Part shown: piece by piece, positions 1-12,268 of the stretch
Layout of the letters: the number at the start of each line of letters is the position of its first letter
Position numbering within the stretch: position 1 is the first letter of the stretch
Assembly: GCA_035221665.1 (NCBI GenBank)
Contig: CM069158.1
Span: 17,980,001 to 18,044,000, forward strand
Origin: Okamejei kenojei
Lineage: Eukaryota
Reading direction: 5' to 3'
Length of the DNA stretch: 64,000 bases
Position numbers and translations under genes: made by a program
Notes under the pieces: generated by a model
Seen by the model: only the letters and a program-made list of their open reading frames with translations
Told to the model about the DNA's origin: nothing
The model's database searches: none

Positions 1-412
1 AATTAAAGCGTCAAGCAAAGAGGAAGTCAATTTAGAGTTTAGGTAATGTTACTTATGTCATAGGTTTATCAATTACTTTTTCCTGTGCTGTTTGCACACA
101 GTGCTAGGCAAAGAGGCATTTCAGGTAATATTTTCTGTAAAGATTATTTTTAGTTGTATGAAGTTTATTTCATGAAATATTTATCTTCTGGTGGTTATTT
201 TACTGGTTATGTGTTGGAAACATTCTAAGCTTCTGTTATGTAAACTACCAGTAGAAAGCTTGGGAATCACTTTCAATTTATTGAAAATGTCCCCTTAACC
301 ACCACCGACCCCGCCTGGGGCCTAACCGGCCTCCTGGACCCTCGGCCAATACTTCCTACTTTTTTTCTGGTGGTGAATATCATGCCTGGTGTATGGGTGT
401 TCATGGGTCTGG

Positions 413-505
413 TAGACACAAAAAGCTGGAGAAGCTCAGCGGGACAGGCAGCATCTCTGGAGAGAAGGAATGGGTGACGTTTTGGGTCGAGACACTTCTT
501 CAGAC
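413..505 (-). mobile_element. Short ~90-bp interspersed repeat (Penelope-associated type) with a hammerhead-like CTGAAGA...GAAA core
   Basis: AGACACAAAAAGCTGGAGAAGCTCAGCGGGACAGGCAGCATCTCTGGAGAGAAGGAATGGGTGACGTTTTGGGTCGAGACACTTCTTCAGACT; this family recurs about 20 times in the window. Confidence 0.7.
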
Positions 506-889
506 TCGTAGGTCTGGTGGCCCTGTAGTCACTGCTTGCAAACTTTCATGTTTTAGGCAAGAGGGACAGATTTAGCGCCTGACATGTATTCAGGTGGGTT
601 CCCAATTGATGTATAAGCAATAAACAGTAATACATGAAATAATTTACAACAATTTATTGGAAGACATAATTTTTTGTACCGTTAATCTTAGAGTGGGTAA
701 AACTCCTTGTTGCCAGAATGGATTGCACTTGTACTTAGGAAATAGAACTGGCATTTGATAGATTATTACTGTGTTCAGCATAGGCTTGAGATTTGTCAGA
801 TTGTGAATTTGGAACAAATTGCAAAGAATAGGAAGTTAGTTATAAACAGAAAACTGATCCTAAACTTAAGCAATTGCAAAGTGATGTGA

Positions 890-1067
890 TATTGCTATAT
901 TTAAGAGGGAGTTAGATGTGGCCCTTGTGGCTGAAGGAATCAGGGGTTATGGAGAGAAGGCAGGTACAGGATACTGAGTTGAATGATCAGCCATGATCAT
1001 ATTGTATGGCGGTGCAGGCTCGAAGGGCCGAATGGCCTACTCCTGCACCTATTTTCTATGTTTCTAT
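890..1067 (+). mobile_element. CR1 (HER1-like) LINE 3' end
   Basis: Encodes ...IFKRELDVALVAEGIRGYGEKAGTGY*, then 3'UTR GGGCCGAATGGCCTACTCCTGCACC and TTTCTATG tail; near-identical to reverse copies at 59960 and 62390. Confidence 0.85.
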
Positions 1068-1522
1068 ATTCCACAGAGATTAATGGTGGGGCCAATGTAT
1101 ATTTATCTACACTATTTGTGTTCCCTCTGGCTGTCATGTAGATGACTGGCTTTCAGAATATATGTTCAGCCATGTGACCGAATACAGGCAAGCCCTGTGT
1201 TATGGGAGTGTGTGTACTTCGGAAAGCTCCGTATTGTGAGTTTCCATACTACAAAGCCATGTAATTACATCGAGAAATACAATTAAAAAAGTTATGCTTC
1301 TTTTTCCACAAATTCCGTGAGTGCAAATTTTATTCCGCATCATACTTTTGAGTGATTTGTGAATACTGTAAGGGGAAATTTCCATTAACCGAATTGCTGT
1401 GACCAAGTAAGTTCTTGGTCTACAGCTTATTTAAACGAACAGAGATGGCAGCCAATTCCAGAACATCCTGTGACCCACCCAAGTATTCTGCTGTCCACAT
1501 AGAACATCACCAACTGAATCTC

Positions 1523-1612
1523 AGTCTGAAGAAGGGTCTCGACCCGAAACATCACCATTCCTGCTGCAGAGATGCTGCCTGTCCTGCTGAGTTAGTCCAG
1601 CATATTGTCTAT
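1523..1612 (+). mobile_element. Short Penelope-associated-type repeat
   Basis: AGTCTGAAGAAGGGTCTCGACCCGAAACATCACC...AGATGCTGCCTGTCCTGCTGAGTTAGTCCAGCA. Confidence 0.7.
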
Positions 1613-2410
1613 TTTTGGTGAACCACGATCTACAGTTCCTACATAGAACATCACTGATGTAGACGATGATATTATTGATATTTAAATAGCTAAAATTATA
1701 TTGGGGGAAATTAATAGCAAACTGCGGCAATCAGAATTATTCTCCTACAGTGCAAAATTGGGGTAGAGGAACCAAATAACAGTACGGTGTAACTAGTGAT
1801 ACATTTTTAAATGGCCTTGTGTTACATTTTTGTAATATGTATTAATTTGCCTCTGTCAACTTACCTTGCATGATCTAAGCTTTAGCAATGGCATGGGAAA
1901 TTGTCCAATATGAATAAAAAAAATCAACATCTGGTCAAGACACGAATTGTGCGTAATATGTAGCAAAGGCATATTTCATATTTGCCATTCTCAGGCAGCA
2001 TTTGAAATCAGTAGCTTAGCAGATGCCAATGTTACGGATTCCCCTTGCAGCCCTCAATGTTGCATCGTAAGTTGCATGGTCAGTTGGCCTGCATTTAAGG
2101 GGCCACTTGGAAAGGGGAATAACAGGGCTGGTGCATCAATGAAATGGGAAATCATAGGAATTTTAGTGAGATGGATTGAGAGTTTAGAAATTGGCAATCT
2201 GATCTTAGTGAACACAGTGGACAAGTATAAGTTGTGTTGTAGTTTGGCGAGGAGCAGGGCATCGGGTAGTTATCTCTGTGGTGGAACTTTTAGAATACTA
2301 AGGTTTTTAGAACACTTGCATGAGAAGCTGAGGTCTCCTCTGGCATTCAAGTTAAGTCCTGGCCACCAACTGTTGCACTGTCCTAACCACTTTCTTCCTC
2401 TTGCTTGCAG

Positions 2411-2480
2411 AAATGGATTCCGTGAAGGCACCACCCCAAAGCCCAGACGTGCTGCAATGGCTTCTTCCAGCACTGCATAA
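2411..2480 (+). CDS. rpl37: 60S ribosomal protein L37, last coding exon
   Basis: Polypyrimidine acceptor TTTCTTCCTCTTGCTTGCAG, then phase-2 exon (R)[22 protein letters not shown], matching the vertebrate RPL37 C-terminus ([23 protein letters not shown]); AATAAA 24 nt after the stop; earlier exons not found in the window. Confidence 0.93.
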
Positions 2481-2503
2481 ACTGTTGGTGTACCAATGTA
2501 ACA

Positions 2504-2509
2504 AATAAA
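2504..2509 (+). terminator. rpl37 polyadenylation signal
   Basis: AATAAA just downstream of the rpl37 stop codon. Confidence 0.75.
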
Positions 2510-2624
2510 GCTGTCATTTGGAAAGTTACCTTGCCTTCCCCATTATTATTTTTTGATTAATAGTATCTAACCTCAATCTGAAAATAAGGAAACTTATCTA
2601 CAAACGTTTAATGCATGGGCACAA

Positions 2625-2862
2625 CACATTGGTGTAGCTGATAGGCAGTTCAATCTGTGTTGTGTTGCATATTCCCCCTGTGACCGCATGGGTTTCTTCC
2701 CACATCACAAAAACGTGCGGGTTTCTCAGTGGAGAAAAAAAAAGCTCTTGGGTGTGTCTGGTGTGAATGTGGACAACATAGAACTATTGTGAACAGGTGA
2801 TCGATGGTTGACGTGGAGTTGGTGGGCTGAAGAGACTGTTTCCATGCTGTACCTAAACTAAA
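2625..2862 (+). mobile_element. Degenerate HE1/V-SINE-like tRNA-derived SINE
   Basis: V-domain-like CCCCTGTGACCGCATGGGTTTC and CR1-derived tail GGGCTGAAGAGACTGTTTCCATGCTGTACCTAAACTAAA. Confidence 0.6.
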
Positions 2863-4075
2863 TATCGACAGTGGCTGTGGTCCAGATCTGCCTGGTACCT
2901 CTTGTTAGACATTTATGTCTGGCTATGCCTTGTAGTTATACCGTTCTGTGATAGTGGGTGAGTATGGCAGAATTGGCTGGCTCATCTTACACACAGATTG
3001 GATGGGGTGCTCCAGATTATGTATTTATGGGGTAGTTTCCTTGGGAGAATCTAAAACTGTTTCACTGTTTAAAAATAAGTGATTTTTTTCCCCTGAGGGT
3101 TGTGAGTGACTACCTCAAGGGCCAGTGGAAACAATGGATATTCTGTGTGACTTAATAAGTGAGGCTAAATAAGTCCTCATACAGAATACAAAGCAGGAGG
3201 GAGAACACTAAGGTACGAGAGCCAGAGCGTGATGTCACACGAGCTAGTGGTTGCCATGATCATGTTCTTCCTATTATCCACATGAGTCACAATTGCATTG
3301 TCCTTGCTCATAGTTTCTCTGAGCTCGATATGCATCAGATTCTTCAATAAGGACTGTATTGAGGAGACGCAAGAGACTGGATACTGAAACCATGAGGGGA
3401 AAAAACTTGGGATCTCGGCGGGTTAGGCAACATCTATGGAGGGAAATGGGCAGACAACGTTTTGGTTCAGGACCTTTCAAGACTCACTGGAAGACTGCTG
3501 AATTAATTTTGCAGAGGGTAGGGTGAGTTATGTCTTGGACCACACCGGATGTTTTGGATACACTGAGATACTTGTAGATGTTCGCACACCTGAGAGCAAA
3601 TGTTTTACTTGCCAATCCTCGGCATGTTAACATAATCACTGTCCCAGATTTCATATCCATTAGTCAGCCTATTGCCCATAGAAAATTGAAGTTTCCATTC
3701 ATAATAATGTTGAATCTGACAACAGATTGTGAATTTTGTTTTCCAAGTTTTTAATTGCTCAATATTAGCTTCCAAAATTTCCCTGAGTATTAATGTCCGG
3801 CTAAATGCCTAACTATTAATAATTCCACCCTCTTTTACTATGGGGTACATTTAGTACTTTTCAATTCACTAGGATTTCTAGAACTGAGCTCAGTGCTGCC
3901 CTCTCACACCCAACAATCAGGGATGTTGATGGCAAGCTGGAGTGGTGAAATCTGGATGAGTTTTAACCTGTAATGCCAGGGCAAGGAAGCTGATTATTTT
4001 TGTTACTGCATTCTCCAGGAAGATCAATTGATCCATTCTGAAAAAAGAACCAAAGCTTGGTCCTTGGTCTTTAGA

Positions 4076-4992
4076 TTGGGTCCCAGCTTCACACGGGAGG
4101 GCTAGTCCCCCAATGCAATATTCCACTCTCCACCAATTCCAATATATATACACACGCACACTCACACACTCACACACCCAATACTAAAATGCCAAGTAAC
4201 TTCAGAACGTGTTGAATATACAGTGTGTAAAACAAATCTTTAAAGCCTTCTGTACAGGCTGCTGCTGAAGCAAAATCATGCTTTAAATAACATCCAACAA
4301 ACACACTCACCATAGAGCAGTAAACATATGAATTATTTAGCAGCGCCTGCACTCGCTGCCATCTTGACTCCCGCTGCTTGCTACGAACCGGAAATGGCGC
4401 ACTCAGTGCCAGCATGCTGCTAACCGGAAATGACGTAATCGGCGCCATCTTGCAACCAAGCGAAAATCACAGAATGAGTGCCAATTTTAAAATTAAACAC
4501 AGTTCTGATCTAATAAAATGTTTATTCATGCTTTATCCATCCGAAAACTGTCGGACCCATTTTAAAACCCAAGAGAAACAAATTTGCAAACTCATTACAA
4601 CCAATACATTTTCTTACAACATTTTTTAACAGCTAAGAGAAACAAATTTGCAAACTCTTTACAACCAATACGGTCAGTGTTATTTGCAGCTCTGAGAGCC
4701 GTGACCCTCTGGCTTCCTGGATCTGGCAGAGACTGAGTGAGGCACGACACTTCCGGGTTTTATAGTCCCAACCCCTGCCGCCTGCGGGGGCAGCAGAGAG
4801 AATGGGGAATTTGTTAAAAACATTAATATCTCTCTAATTTTTAATCGATGGGAAAAATCCTCTAGTCCAGGAAGACGGAGGGTTCTCTGAGTGAGGTGGC
4901 CAAAAATAACGGCCGTAGGTGGCGGCGTTCTCTCGGAAATCGCACCACAGTGGGCCAAAAGTGGTCAAGATCAGCCTTTTAGTAATATAGAT
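4076..4992 (+). mobile_element. Non-autonomous Helentron/HINE-like element
   Basis: Head TTGGGTCCCA..CACACGGGAGGGCTAGTCCCCCAA shared with 21151; tail GTGGTCAAGATCAGCCTTTTAGTAATATAGAT shared (inverted) with 63105; family assignment inferred from the termini only. Confidence 0.55.
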
Positions 4993-5309
4993 ACATGGAT
5001 AGGAAAGGTTTGGATGGATATGGGCCAAATGCAGGCAAATAGAACTATCACATTAAAAAAAAACTGAATTGAGTTATCTACATCTTCAATGTATGTTCAA
5101 GTAGATTAAATGTATTCACGTATTTGACATGTGATCAATGAAACTCATCTTAATTGTGACATTTTTGATGCTATCATCACAGAATATTCCATTGCTCAAA
5201 TGTCTCCGTTTCTGTTCTCTCCAAGATCTTAACAATTCACAGATTTATTCCACGATTTCAATTATCCATTAACGATGCAGTGTGCATTAGTTTCAATTAG
5301 TAGTGCTAT

Positions 5310-6400
5310 ATAGAACATAGGACAAACAGCATAGAAACCGGACCTTGGGCACACAATGTCTGTACCAAACATGATGCAAAATTAATCTGCCAGCACCTGA
5401 TCCATATCCCTCCATTCCGTGCATATCTATGTGTTCACTTGAAAGCTTAACAAGCGCTACAATTGTATTTGCTTCCTCCACTACCCCAGGCACGCATTCC
5501 TGGCACCCACCACACACTATTTGCACTATCGATGCCCCTCATAATTTTATCTACTGTCAGGTCTACGCTCAATCTCTGATGTTGCAGACATTACATTCCA
5601 GGTTTGTCTAACCTCTTATACCTAAAACCCTGTAAACACAGCAGCATTCTGGCAAACATCAACTGCATTCTCAAGTCTCCACATCCTGTAATATGGCAAA
5701 CAGAACTGCACATGATATTCCAAATGCAGTCTAACCAGTATCATACAATGCTGCATCATGATTTCCCGACTCTTATACTCAATGCCTTAACTAATGAAGG
5801 CAAGCACACCATATACCTTTACTGCTCTATTCACTTGTGTTGCCATTTTCAGAGAACTGTGGACTCTTAAGATCGCACTGCACATGAATGCTGCGAAGGA
5901 TATTGCCATTAACTGGGAACTGCAGATGCGGGTTTACAATATAGGCACAAATTGCTGGAATGCCACTTCTGCTGAGTTACTGAGAAATTTGTGTATTTTT
6001 ATTAAGTCCATGTCAATATTGAGGAAGTTAAAGTCGCCAACCACGACAAACCTGTTGCTTTTGCATATTTCCGTAATCTATCTACGTTTCCATTCCTCTA
6101 ACTGCTGCCTATTGAGAGGGTAATAATATAATAACATTAGAGTGATTGCACCTACGTATTTTTGAGCTCTATCCATGTTGCCTCAATGGACAAACCATAT
6201 GTCCTCTCTTGAGTGCCACCATGACGTTCTTCATTCTCATTGATTAGTAAAGCAATACCTCCCCCTCCTTTTCCTCCCTCTCTATCACATTTTTAACATT
6301 GAAATCCTGGATTGTTGACCTGCTAATCCTGTCCTCACAACCAAGTCTCTATAAAGGCCACAACATCATAGTTCCACTCTTTGCTCCAGCCTTTACCCAT
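5310..6400 (-). mobile_element. Old, degraded CR1 LINE fragments
   Basis: CATAGAACATAG tail and degenerate RT/endonuclease-like sequence similar to other CR1 copies in the window. Confidence 0.5.
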
Positions 6401-6884
6401 GATAAAACTGTCCCATTGGAATTGATTATTCTGCTTTCCCCAAGCAATTGACATTATGTCCGCACCCCCCCCCCCCCACCTTCCCCCCCCCCCCCCAAAG
6501 ATGTCTTTGCAACCAAAGATCTGCCTCTAAAATAATTTCCTCCAGAAGAAGAAAATCAGGAGCCTGAAACCAGACTGTTACCCAATAAAACCAGATGCAA
6601 GACTTACCTCGTGGAGTACATCAGTTGGAGACGTAATCAGTCTAAGTGGACACCAAGGCACCCAAAGAGATTTTGGAGGATCAAAGAAAAGGATTCTCAA
6701 AAGATACAGATGGAGATGGAGGTTGAGGGGAGGGAGATTTTGGGGAGAAATTTCAAAGAATCCCAGGATTTGGATGGCTGAAGGCATGGCAGTTAGTGGT
6801 GGGGGAAAGGTCAGTTAGAATGCCAGTGAGTTGAAACACAGGACGCCAAAGGAGATATTGGGGTAATAAAGAAGTGGCACACAA

Positions 6885-7372
6885 GGGAAGTGGTGAGTGG
6901 TGTGAGCCGAATCACCTGCAGCTCAACATTGACAAGACTAAGGAGTTAGTGGTGGACTTTAGGAGGAGAGGAACACCCTTGTCCCCCGTCTCCATCAATA
7001 GTGTGGATGTGCAGTTCACCAAGGAGTACAAATATCTTGGAGTGTACCTGGACAATGAACTGGGCAGGTACAGGAATGCTGAGGCTCTGTACAGGAAGGG
7101 ACAGAGCCGGCTGTACTTTGTAGGGTGAAGGCCACAGGGCGAAGGCCACGGACGCTCATCAGGAAGGCTGGCACCATCCTGGGGGTGGAATTGGATTCAT
7201 GGGAGGTGGTCTTGGAGGGGAGGATGCTCCTCAAACTGTGCAGCATCTTGGATAATACAGCTCACCCCCCTCTCTGACACACTGGCCCACCTGAGGAGTA
7301 TCTTCAGCAACAAACTGATTCCACCAAGATGTAGCACAGAACGCCACAGGAGATCCTTCTTCCCTGTTGATC
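6885..7372 (+). mobile_element. Rex1/Babar-like LINE, 3' RT fragment
   Basis: WCEPNHLQLNIDKTKELVVDFRR...YKYLGVYLDNEL...LYRKGQSRLYF and C-terminal CSTERHRRSFFPV. Confidence 0.8.
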
Positions 7373-7442
7373 CTTCTTCCTTTTGAAATGTGAATTTATA
7401 ATTCTTGGTTTTGATTTAATAATATAAAAAATAAATAATATC

Positions 7443-7790
7443 ATCTCTATACTTATAAACTCTGATCTTGGATGTGTGTGTGTATAATCACATCTTCTCG
7501 AAAACACGATACGGTAATGGTAACATTTCTTACATATTTTGATAGAGATGTTTTCCGTGGAGTCCGAAATCACCCTATCTGAAAATTTCATGCTTTATTT
7601 CTCGAGTTATTAATGAAAATGTTCAAGATTCCAACAAAACTTTGAAATAAGCTTTGAAACGACTCTTTCGCTGATACGTCACGATGGGTCTGCGTCGTCT
7701 TGTTCGCACTGTGAGTGATGCCACTCCCCGCTGCTCACTCCACGTTGCTCCTCCCCCCCCCCCCCCCCCCGCTGCTCCCGGCTCCCCTCC
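7443..7790 (-). mobile_element. Second HINE-like subfamily fragment
   Basis: ATCTCTATACTTATAAACTCTGATCTTG, the reverse complement of a CAAGATCAG...TATAGAT-type terminus; internal segment repeated at 8735-8826. Confidence 0.4.
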
Positions 7791-8130
7791 CCTCCTCCTC
7801 TCCCCCCTCATCCTCTCCCCCTCCTCCTCCCCCTCCTCCTCCCCATCCTCTCCCCATCTGTTCTTTCCCCTCCTCTCTTCCCCTCCCCTCTCCCCTCTCT
7901 CCCCCTCCTCTCTCCCCCTCCTCTCTCCCCCCTCCTCTCTCCCCCTCCTCTCTCCCACCCTCCTCTCTCACCCCCTCCGCTCTCTACCCCCTCCTCTCGC
8001 ATCCACTCATCCCCCCCTCTCTCCCCCTCCTCTCTCTCCCCCCTCCTCTCTCATCCACTCCTCCCCCCCCTCTCACCCCCCCATCTCCCCTTCCCCCCCC
8101 CCCGCCTCTTTCCCCTCTCCCACCAGTTTC
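7750..8130. repeat. C/T-rich low-complexity polypyrimidine tract
   Basis: CCCCTCCTCTCT-type repeats; the overlapping Pro/Ser/Gly/Glu ORFs are artefacts of this tract. Confidence 0.9.
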
Positions 8131-8319
8131 CTCCCATACCCCAAAGACGTAGGTTAATTGGATTGGTATAATTGTAAATTGCCCCTAGTGTGTGCAGGGG
8201 TCGCTGGTCGGCGCGGACTCGGTGGGCTGAAGGGCCTGATTCCACGTTGTATCTCTAAACTAAACTAAATAAGCTCTGTAGGAAAGAACTGCAAATGCTG
8301 GGGTTTTTTTAACTCGAAG

Positions 8320-8412
8320 GTAGACATAAAATGCTGGAGTAACTCAGCGGGACAGGAGAGCACCTCTGGAGAGAAGGAATGGGTGACGTTTTGGGTCGAG
8401 ACCTTTCTTCAG
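8320..8412 (-). mobile_element. Short Penelope-associated-type repeat
   Basis: Same family as 413-505. Confidence 0.7.
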
Positions 8413-8504
8413 CTCCTACCCAACAGCCTTCGACCTTTTGAACACTACGAACACTAACTAAACTAAGAACTACGAACCGTCTTGATTACACAAAGGACTT
8501 TGGG

Positions 8505-8733
8505 GGTTTTAGACAGCGATCACCCCATGCACTGACACTATCCTACACACTATCCTACAACTTACCGAAGACAATTAACCTACAAGTCTTTGGAGTGTTA
8601 ACCGGAGCACCCGGAGAACATCCACACGGTCCCAGGGACAACGTACAAACTCCACCCAGACAGCACCCGTAATCAGGATCGAACCCGGGTCTTTGGCGCT
8701 GTGAGGTGGCAACTCTATCGCTGCGCCACTGCG
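8505..8733 (-). mobile_element. HE1/V-SINE-like tRNA-derived SINE
   Basis: Minus strand: GCAGTGGCGCAGCGATAGAGTTGCC (A box), ACCCGGGTTCGATCCTG (B box), V-domain GGAGTTTGTACGTTGTCCC. Confidence 0.8.
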
Positions 8734-8829
8734 CGTGTGATGCCGCTCCCCGCTGCTCACTCCACGTTGCCCCCCCCCCCCCCCCCCCCACCCCGCTGCT
8801 CCCGGCTCCCCTCCACTCCTCCTCTCTGG

Positions 8830-9002
8830 GACTATCCCATCGTTTAAGAAACAGTTAGACAGATACATGGTTAGGACAGGTTTGGAGGGATATGGACCAA
8901 GCGTGGGCAAGTGGGACTAGTGTGGCTGGGTCATTGTTGGTCAGTGTGGGCGAGTTGGGCCGAAGGGCCTGTTTCCACGCTGTATCACTATGACTCTATG
9001 AC
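8830..9002 (+). mobile_element. CR1 3' end
   Basis: TTTAAGAAACAGTTAGACAGATACATG...GGGCCGAAGGGCCTGTTTCCACGCTGTATCACTATGACTCTATGA. Confidence 0.75.
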
Positions 9003-9004
9003 AT

Positions 9005-10326
9005 TTTTTCTGGACAAAAGAGGCATTTTTCAGCTTTTGTGCACACGTATCTCGACGGAAACCTGTGTGAATTGGAATGTGGTCAGTATTAACGAAGTAA
9101 AGTGGGAGCGGTGAGTCTGGTGGAAGGATGATGATAGTGGAATGGTAGATTCCCCGCTGGAGTGGCCGGTATTTACATCACCTCTCGTGTTGCAAAATAA
9201 TAATGACGTTGGTTAGGTGGACCTGTTTGCTAGAGTTGTATCTCCTGAGAATTAGCATCGCCAGGTTGAAGATACGGGGATGGGTTCACATGAATATTTA
9301 TCTTTTCTACACCTATGGGAGGCTGCCCGCTGCTGAAGATATGGCTGCAGCCTTCGGTGTGTGCTGGCGACAGGGGTGAGTGGCACTTTGTTACTTATCA
9401 GTTAATCGTGGTCCTTCCCCTGCTCCCCACCACCTCTGCTGTCCGGCGCAGAGCCCACCACTGCACCTGGAAGAACATTTCTTCCCGGTACATCGATGAA
9501 CTGGGTGTTCGGTACATATCCAATGAAATCCCGCGTTTCAAATGAATTGCTATCTTTCATTTCGGAGTTGATGGGGAGAGGGGGGAAAGGAGAAGTTTTG
9601 GGGAGACAAGCTGAGGGGAGAGTCACAGCTCAACGGATAGAACGGTGGGCATGGTTGGAGTTGAACTGACGGTGGGATGGGCGCCAGAGGGTAGGGTAGC
9701 GTGAGAATCAACAACCAATGTATCATTCTATGACTCTATGACTCCAACCCTGGCATCGACACGTGGTTTGTCCGATCTTCTCTCCCCATTTCACACCGTC
9801 CTCTTTCTTCCGTGGGCAACCCTCGTGAGACCAAGCATTGTTTCCTGGATCAATGGGCTTTGGAACCACACTCCAGCCAAGTACAAAGTTGAAGTGCTGG
9901 ACCGAAACAAGATGCCCACGGGAAAGACCAGCACACTTCCTGTCCTCAATCTCAAGGATACATTTCCTCCATTGAGAGATTTTGGTCAAAGTTCAATCAA
10001 TACCCAGGAAGTAACTATTTAGAACAATTATTCTTCAGCTGTTTTGTGTGTGCGCTTGCTGCATGTTGCTTGGTGTTGGAAAGTGCATAACTGCATAAAT
10101 GATCCATAATGTTCAACGCACCCCATGGTTACACCCATGCCACATACTGTGCTCCATTTGTACGATCTTTATTGAATTGTACTAACATTTCCTTAAGGGC
10201 TACTTGAATGACTCGTAGCACTACACTAATCACAAAATGCTGATAGTGTGCGATGCAACCTCACATTGCCCTGGTTCGAGACGCGCACCGAGGGACCTGG
10301 CCTCAGAGGGAGCAGGGAGGGATAAG
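9005..10326 (+). pseudogene. Possible decayed IgSF gene (V-like exon, second exon, TM-like exon)
   Basis: Frame-broken motifs QLLCT...VKWER...DLFARVVS/LRIS/QVEDTG..FT, GTGAG donor near 9376, further exon-like blocks ~9815-10010 and 10198-10326; homologous to 44400-45850 and 51830-52415. Confidence 0.3.
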
Positions 10327-11911
10327 GTAAGTTTTACAGAACAACTGAACATGCAGCGAGACAATTCCCAAAGGTAGAATGGAGTTGCTATCCACCTCAG
10401 AATTAAATATATTAGTTGACTCCGCTAAACCGTTTTTTTCAGGAAGGGAATTTCAAAGGCGTGCGACCCTCCGAGAAAAAAAGCACATTTCTCTCACCTC
10501 TGTCTTAAATGGGTGGCGCCTGACTTAAAAACACTGAAAGAAAGGAGGAAAATTAAGAATGGGGGTGGTTGTGAGAAGGGGGAGGGGGAGGGGTATTAAA
10601 GTTGGAATAAAACTTTCTGACTGTACCAGGGGTGAATATTCTTCGATTCTCTCCCTCCGTCAGTAAACCTTCCTCATTACCATCCATTCCCTTCTTCATT
10701 CTATCCACCTGTGCCTTTACTCTACCGGCCTTTTGCTCTTACTCACCTCACTGTCTCCCTTTCTTCCCCCCCCCACCCACCACCTCCAACAACAGGCTGT
10801 GAGATTTCAGCCATTGTTTGAATTCCACTGGGTGGCGCCATCAATGGCTGCCTCGTCAATAGTCTGTCTGACCCATCCTTCCTTTTTCCTTGGGATGTGT
10901 AAAGTAGATGTTTTAACACATCCACGGAAGAATAATAAGGGAAGAAGATTAGACTTTATTGCCTTCCGTCACCGTGAGGCATGTGGGGAATCCGCTGTGG
11001 TAGATGTTATGTTAACTTTTATGTAGTTGTGTGTATTGTTGCTTCTTTTAGTAGGGCTGTATGGCGATACGACTATCACTGTACCTTAATTGGTACATGT
11101 GACAATAAAATACCTTTGAAACTTTCAATTCCTAGAGTTAACTCCGTCCACGGACGTGCAATGTGGTTGGGAAGGGGGGGGGGGGGGGGGGCAGAGGAGG
11201 CAGAGGTGCCGGAGGGATCTGGCGGGTGGGGAGAAGGAGAAGTTAGGGAGGGTGAGGATTCGGCACCTGAGAGGTGTTGATGGACTGATGAGAAACCAAT
11301 CCCCGCCCACACACCAGACGCTACAGCCTCGACAACTGGCAACCACCCACCAGCTCCGACCCTCCAGCGAGCGACTCACTAATTTCTCCTGCCCTCTCCG
11401 GCCACTCTGTCGCTAGACTTCTGTACCCGGTCATCAGCACAAAACACAAATTCGGGTTTCAACGCTTCGACCCAGTCTAGAACTCTCCCGTTTCAGATAA
11501 CCAGCCCTTCCAGTTTGTGTCAAAAGTAGTCTGTTCTGTTCAATAGCCCGCAATGTAACCTCTATTTAAACGCTCTCTGCCGATCCTGTTTGACCACCTG
11601 AATACTCCCAACCGTCGTTACATTTACCTCTTTTATTATCCTACCCAAATACCAAATGTTTTATTGTAATTTTATTATCACTATCAACCCTTCACTTGTC
11701 ATTCTTTAAAATATCCCAGCAATGGAACTTCTACCCGGTCTTCCCTGATATCCCATGTCCAAGGCTTTCCTCTCAGTTCACGGAACCAGGACACGAACCG
11801 GAGAGACGAGTCTCCTCCCTCCTCCCACCGGTGTCAGAATAGAAAGTGCTTCCAAGTTAACGACACACACACACACACACACACAGGGAAATAATTCCAA
11901 TACTGATCATC

Positions 11912-11917
11912 TTTATT
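11912..11917 (-). terminator. IgL copy 1 polyadenylation signal
   Basis: AATAAA on the minus strand at the position equivalent to 43771 in copy 2. Confidence 0.65.
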
Positions 11918-12268
11918 GGTAGTTTGTCGTCGTTGCAGACCATCGGTCTGATACTGATGAAAAATTACAAACACATTTATTATTTTGTATTAATCAGATC
12001 CATGCCTGTTGCCAGAGAAAACAATTCTTGTTGAAATTTCTGATGCAGCCAAGTTACTGACCACTTTAACCCGTGTCGCCTAGAGGTGGGAGAAACAGAA
12101 CAGCAATCGACTCGAGTACAAATGTTCCAATAACACAGTGGAAACCGAAGAAAGCGGATCGGAAGCAGGGGATACAGAGAACAGCGGGCGCACACACAGT
12201 GGGAGGAAGATGAGAGGCGGTGATCTCCCGGTAATCAAAGAGAAAACACGCCCGGAGCCGCGCTCACT

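Noticed and set aside
2270-2340. Intronic C/D snoRNA (SNORD72 lies in a human RPL37 intron)
   Set aside because: A CTGA lies ~80 nt before the acceptor, but I see no good C box or recognisable rRNA antisense element; an Infernal search would be needed.
1947-2480. 177-aa ORF as a gene
   Set aside because: Only the last 23 codons are real (rpl37 exon after a splice acceptor); the rest is read-through of intron sequence.
3968-4037. Exon-like segments on the minus strand (here and ~6608-6641)
   Set aside because: Plausible AG/GT ends but no recognisable product and no consistent multi-exon frame.
7623-8245. Pro/Ser- and Gly/Glu/Arg-rich ORFs
   Set aside because: Translations of a low-complexity C/T tract and SINE pieces.
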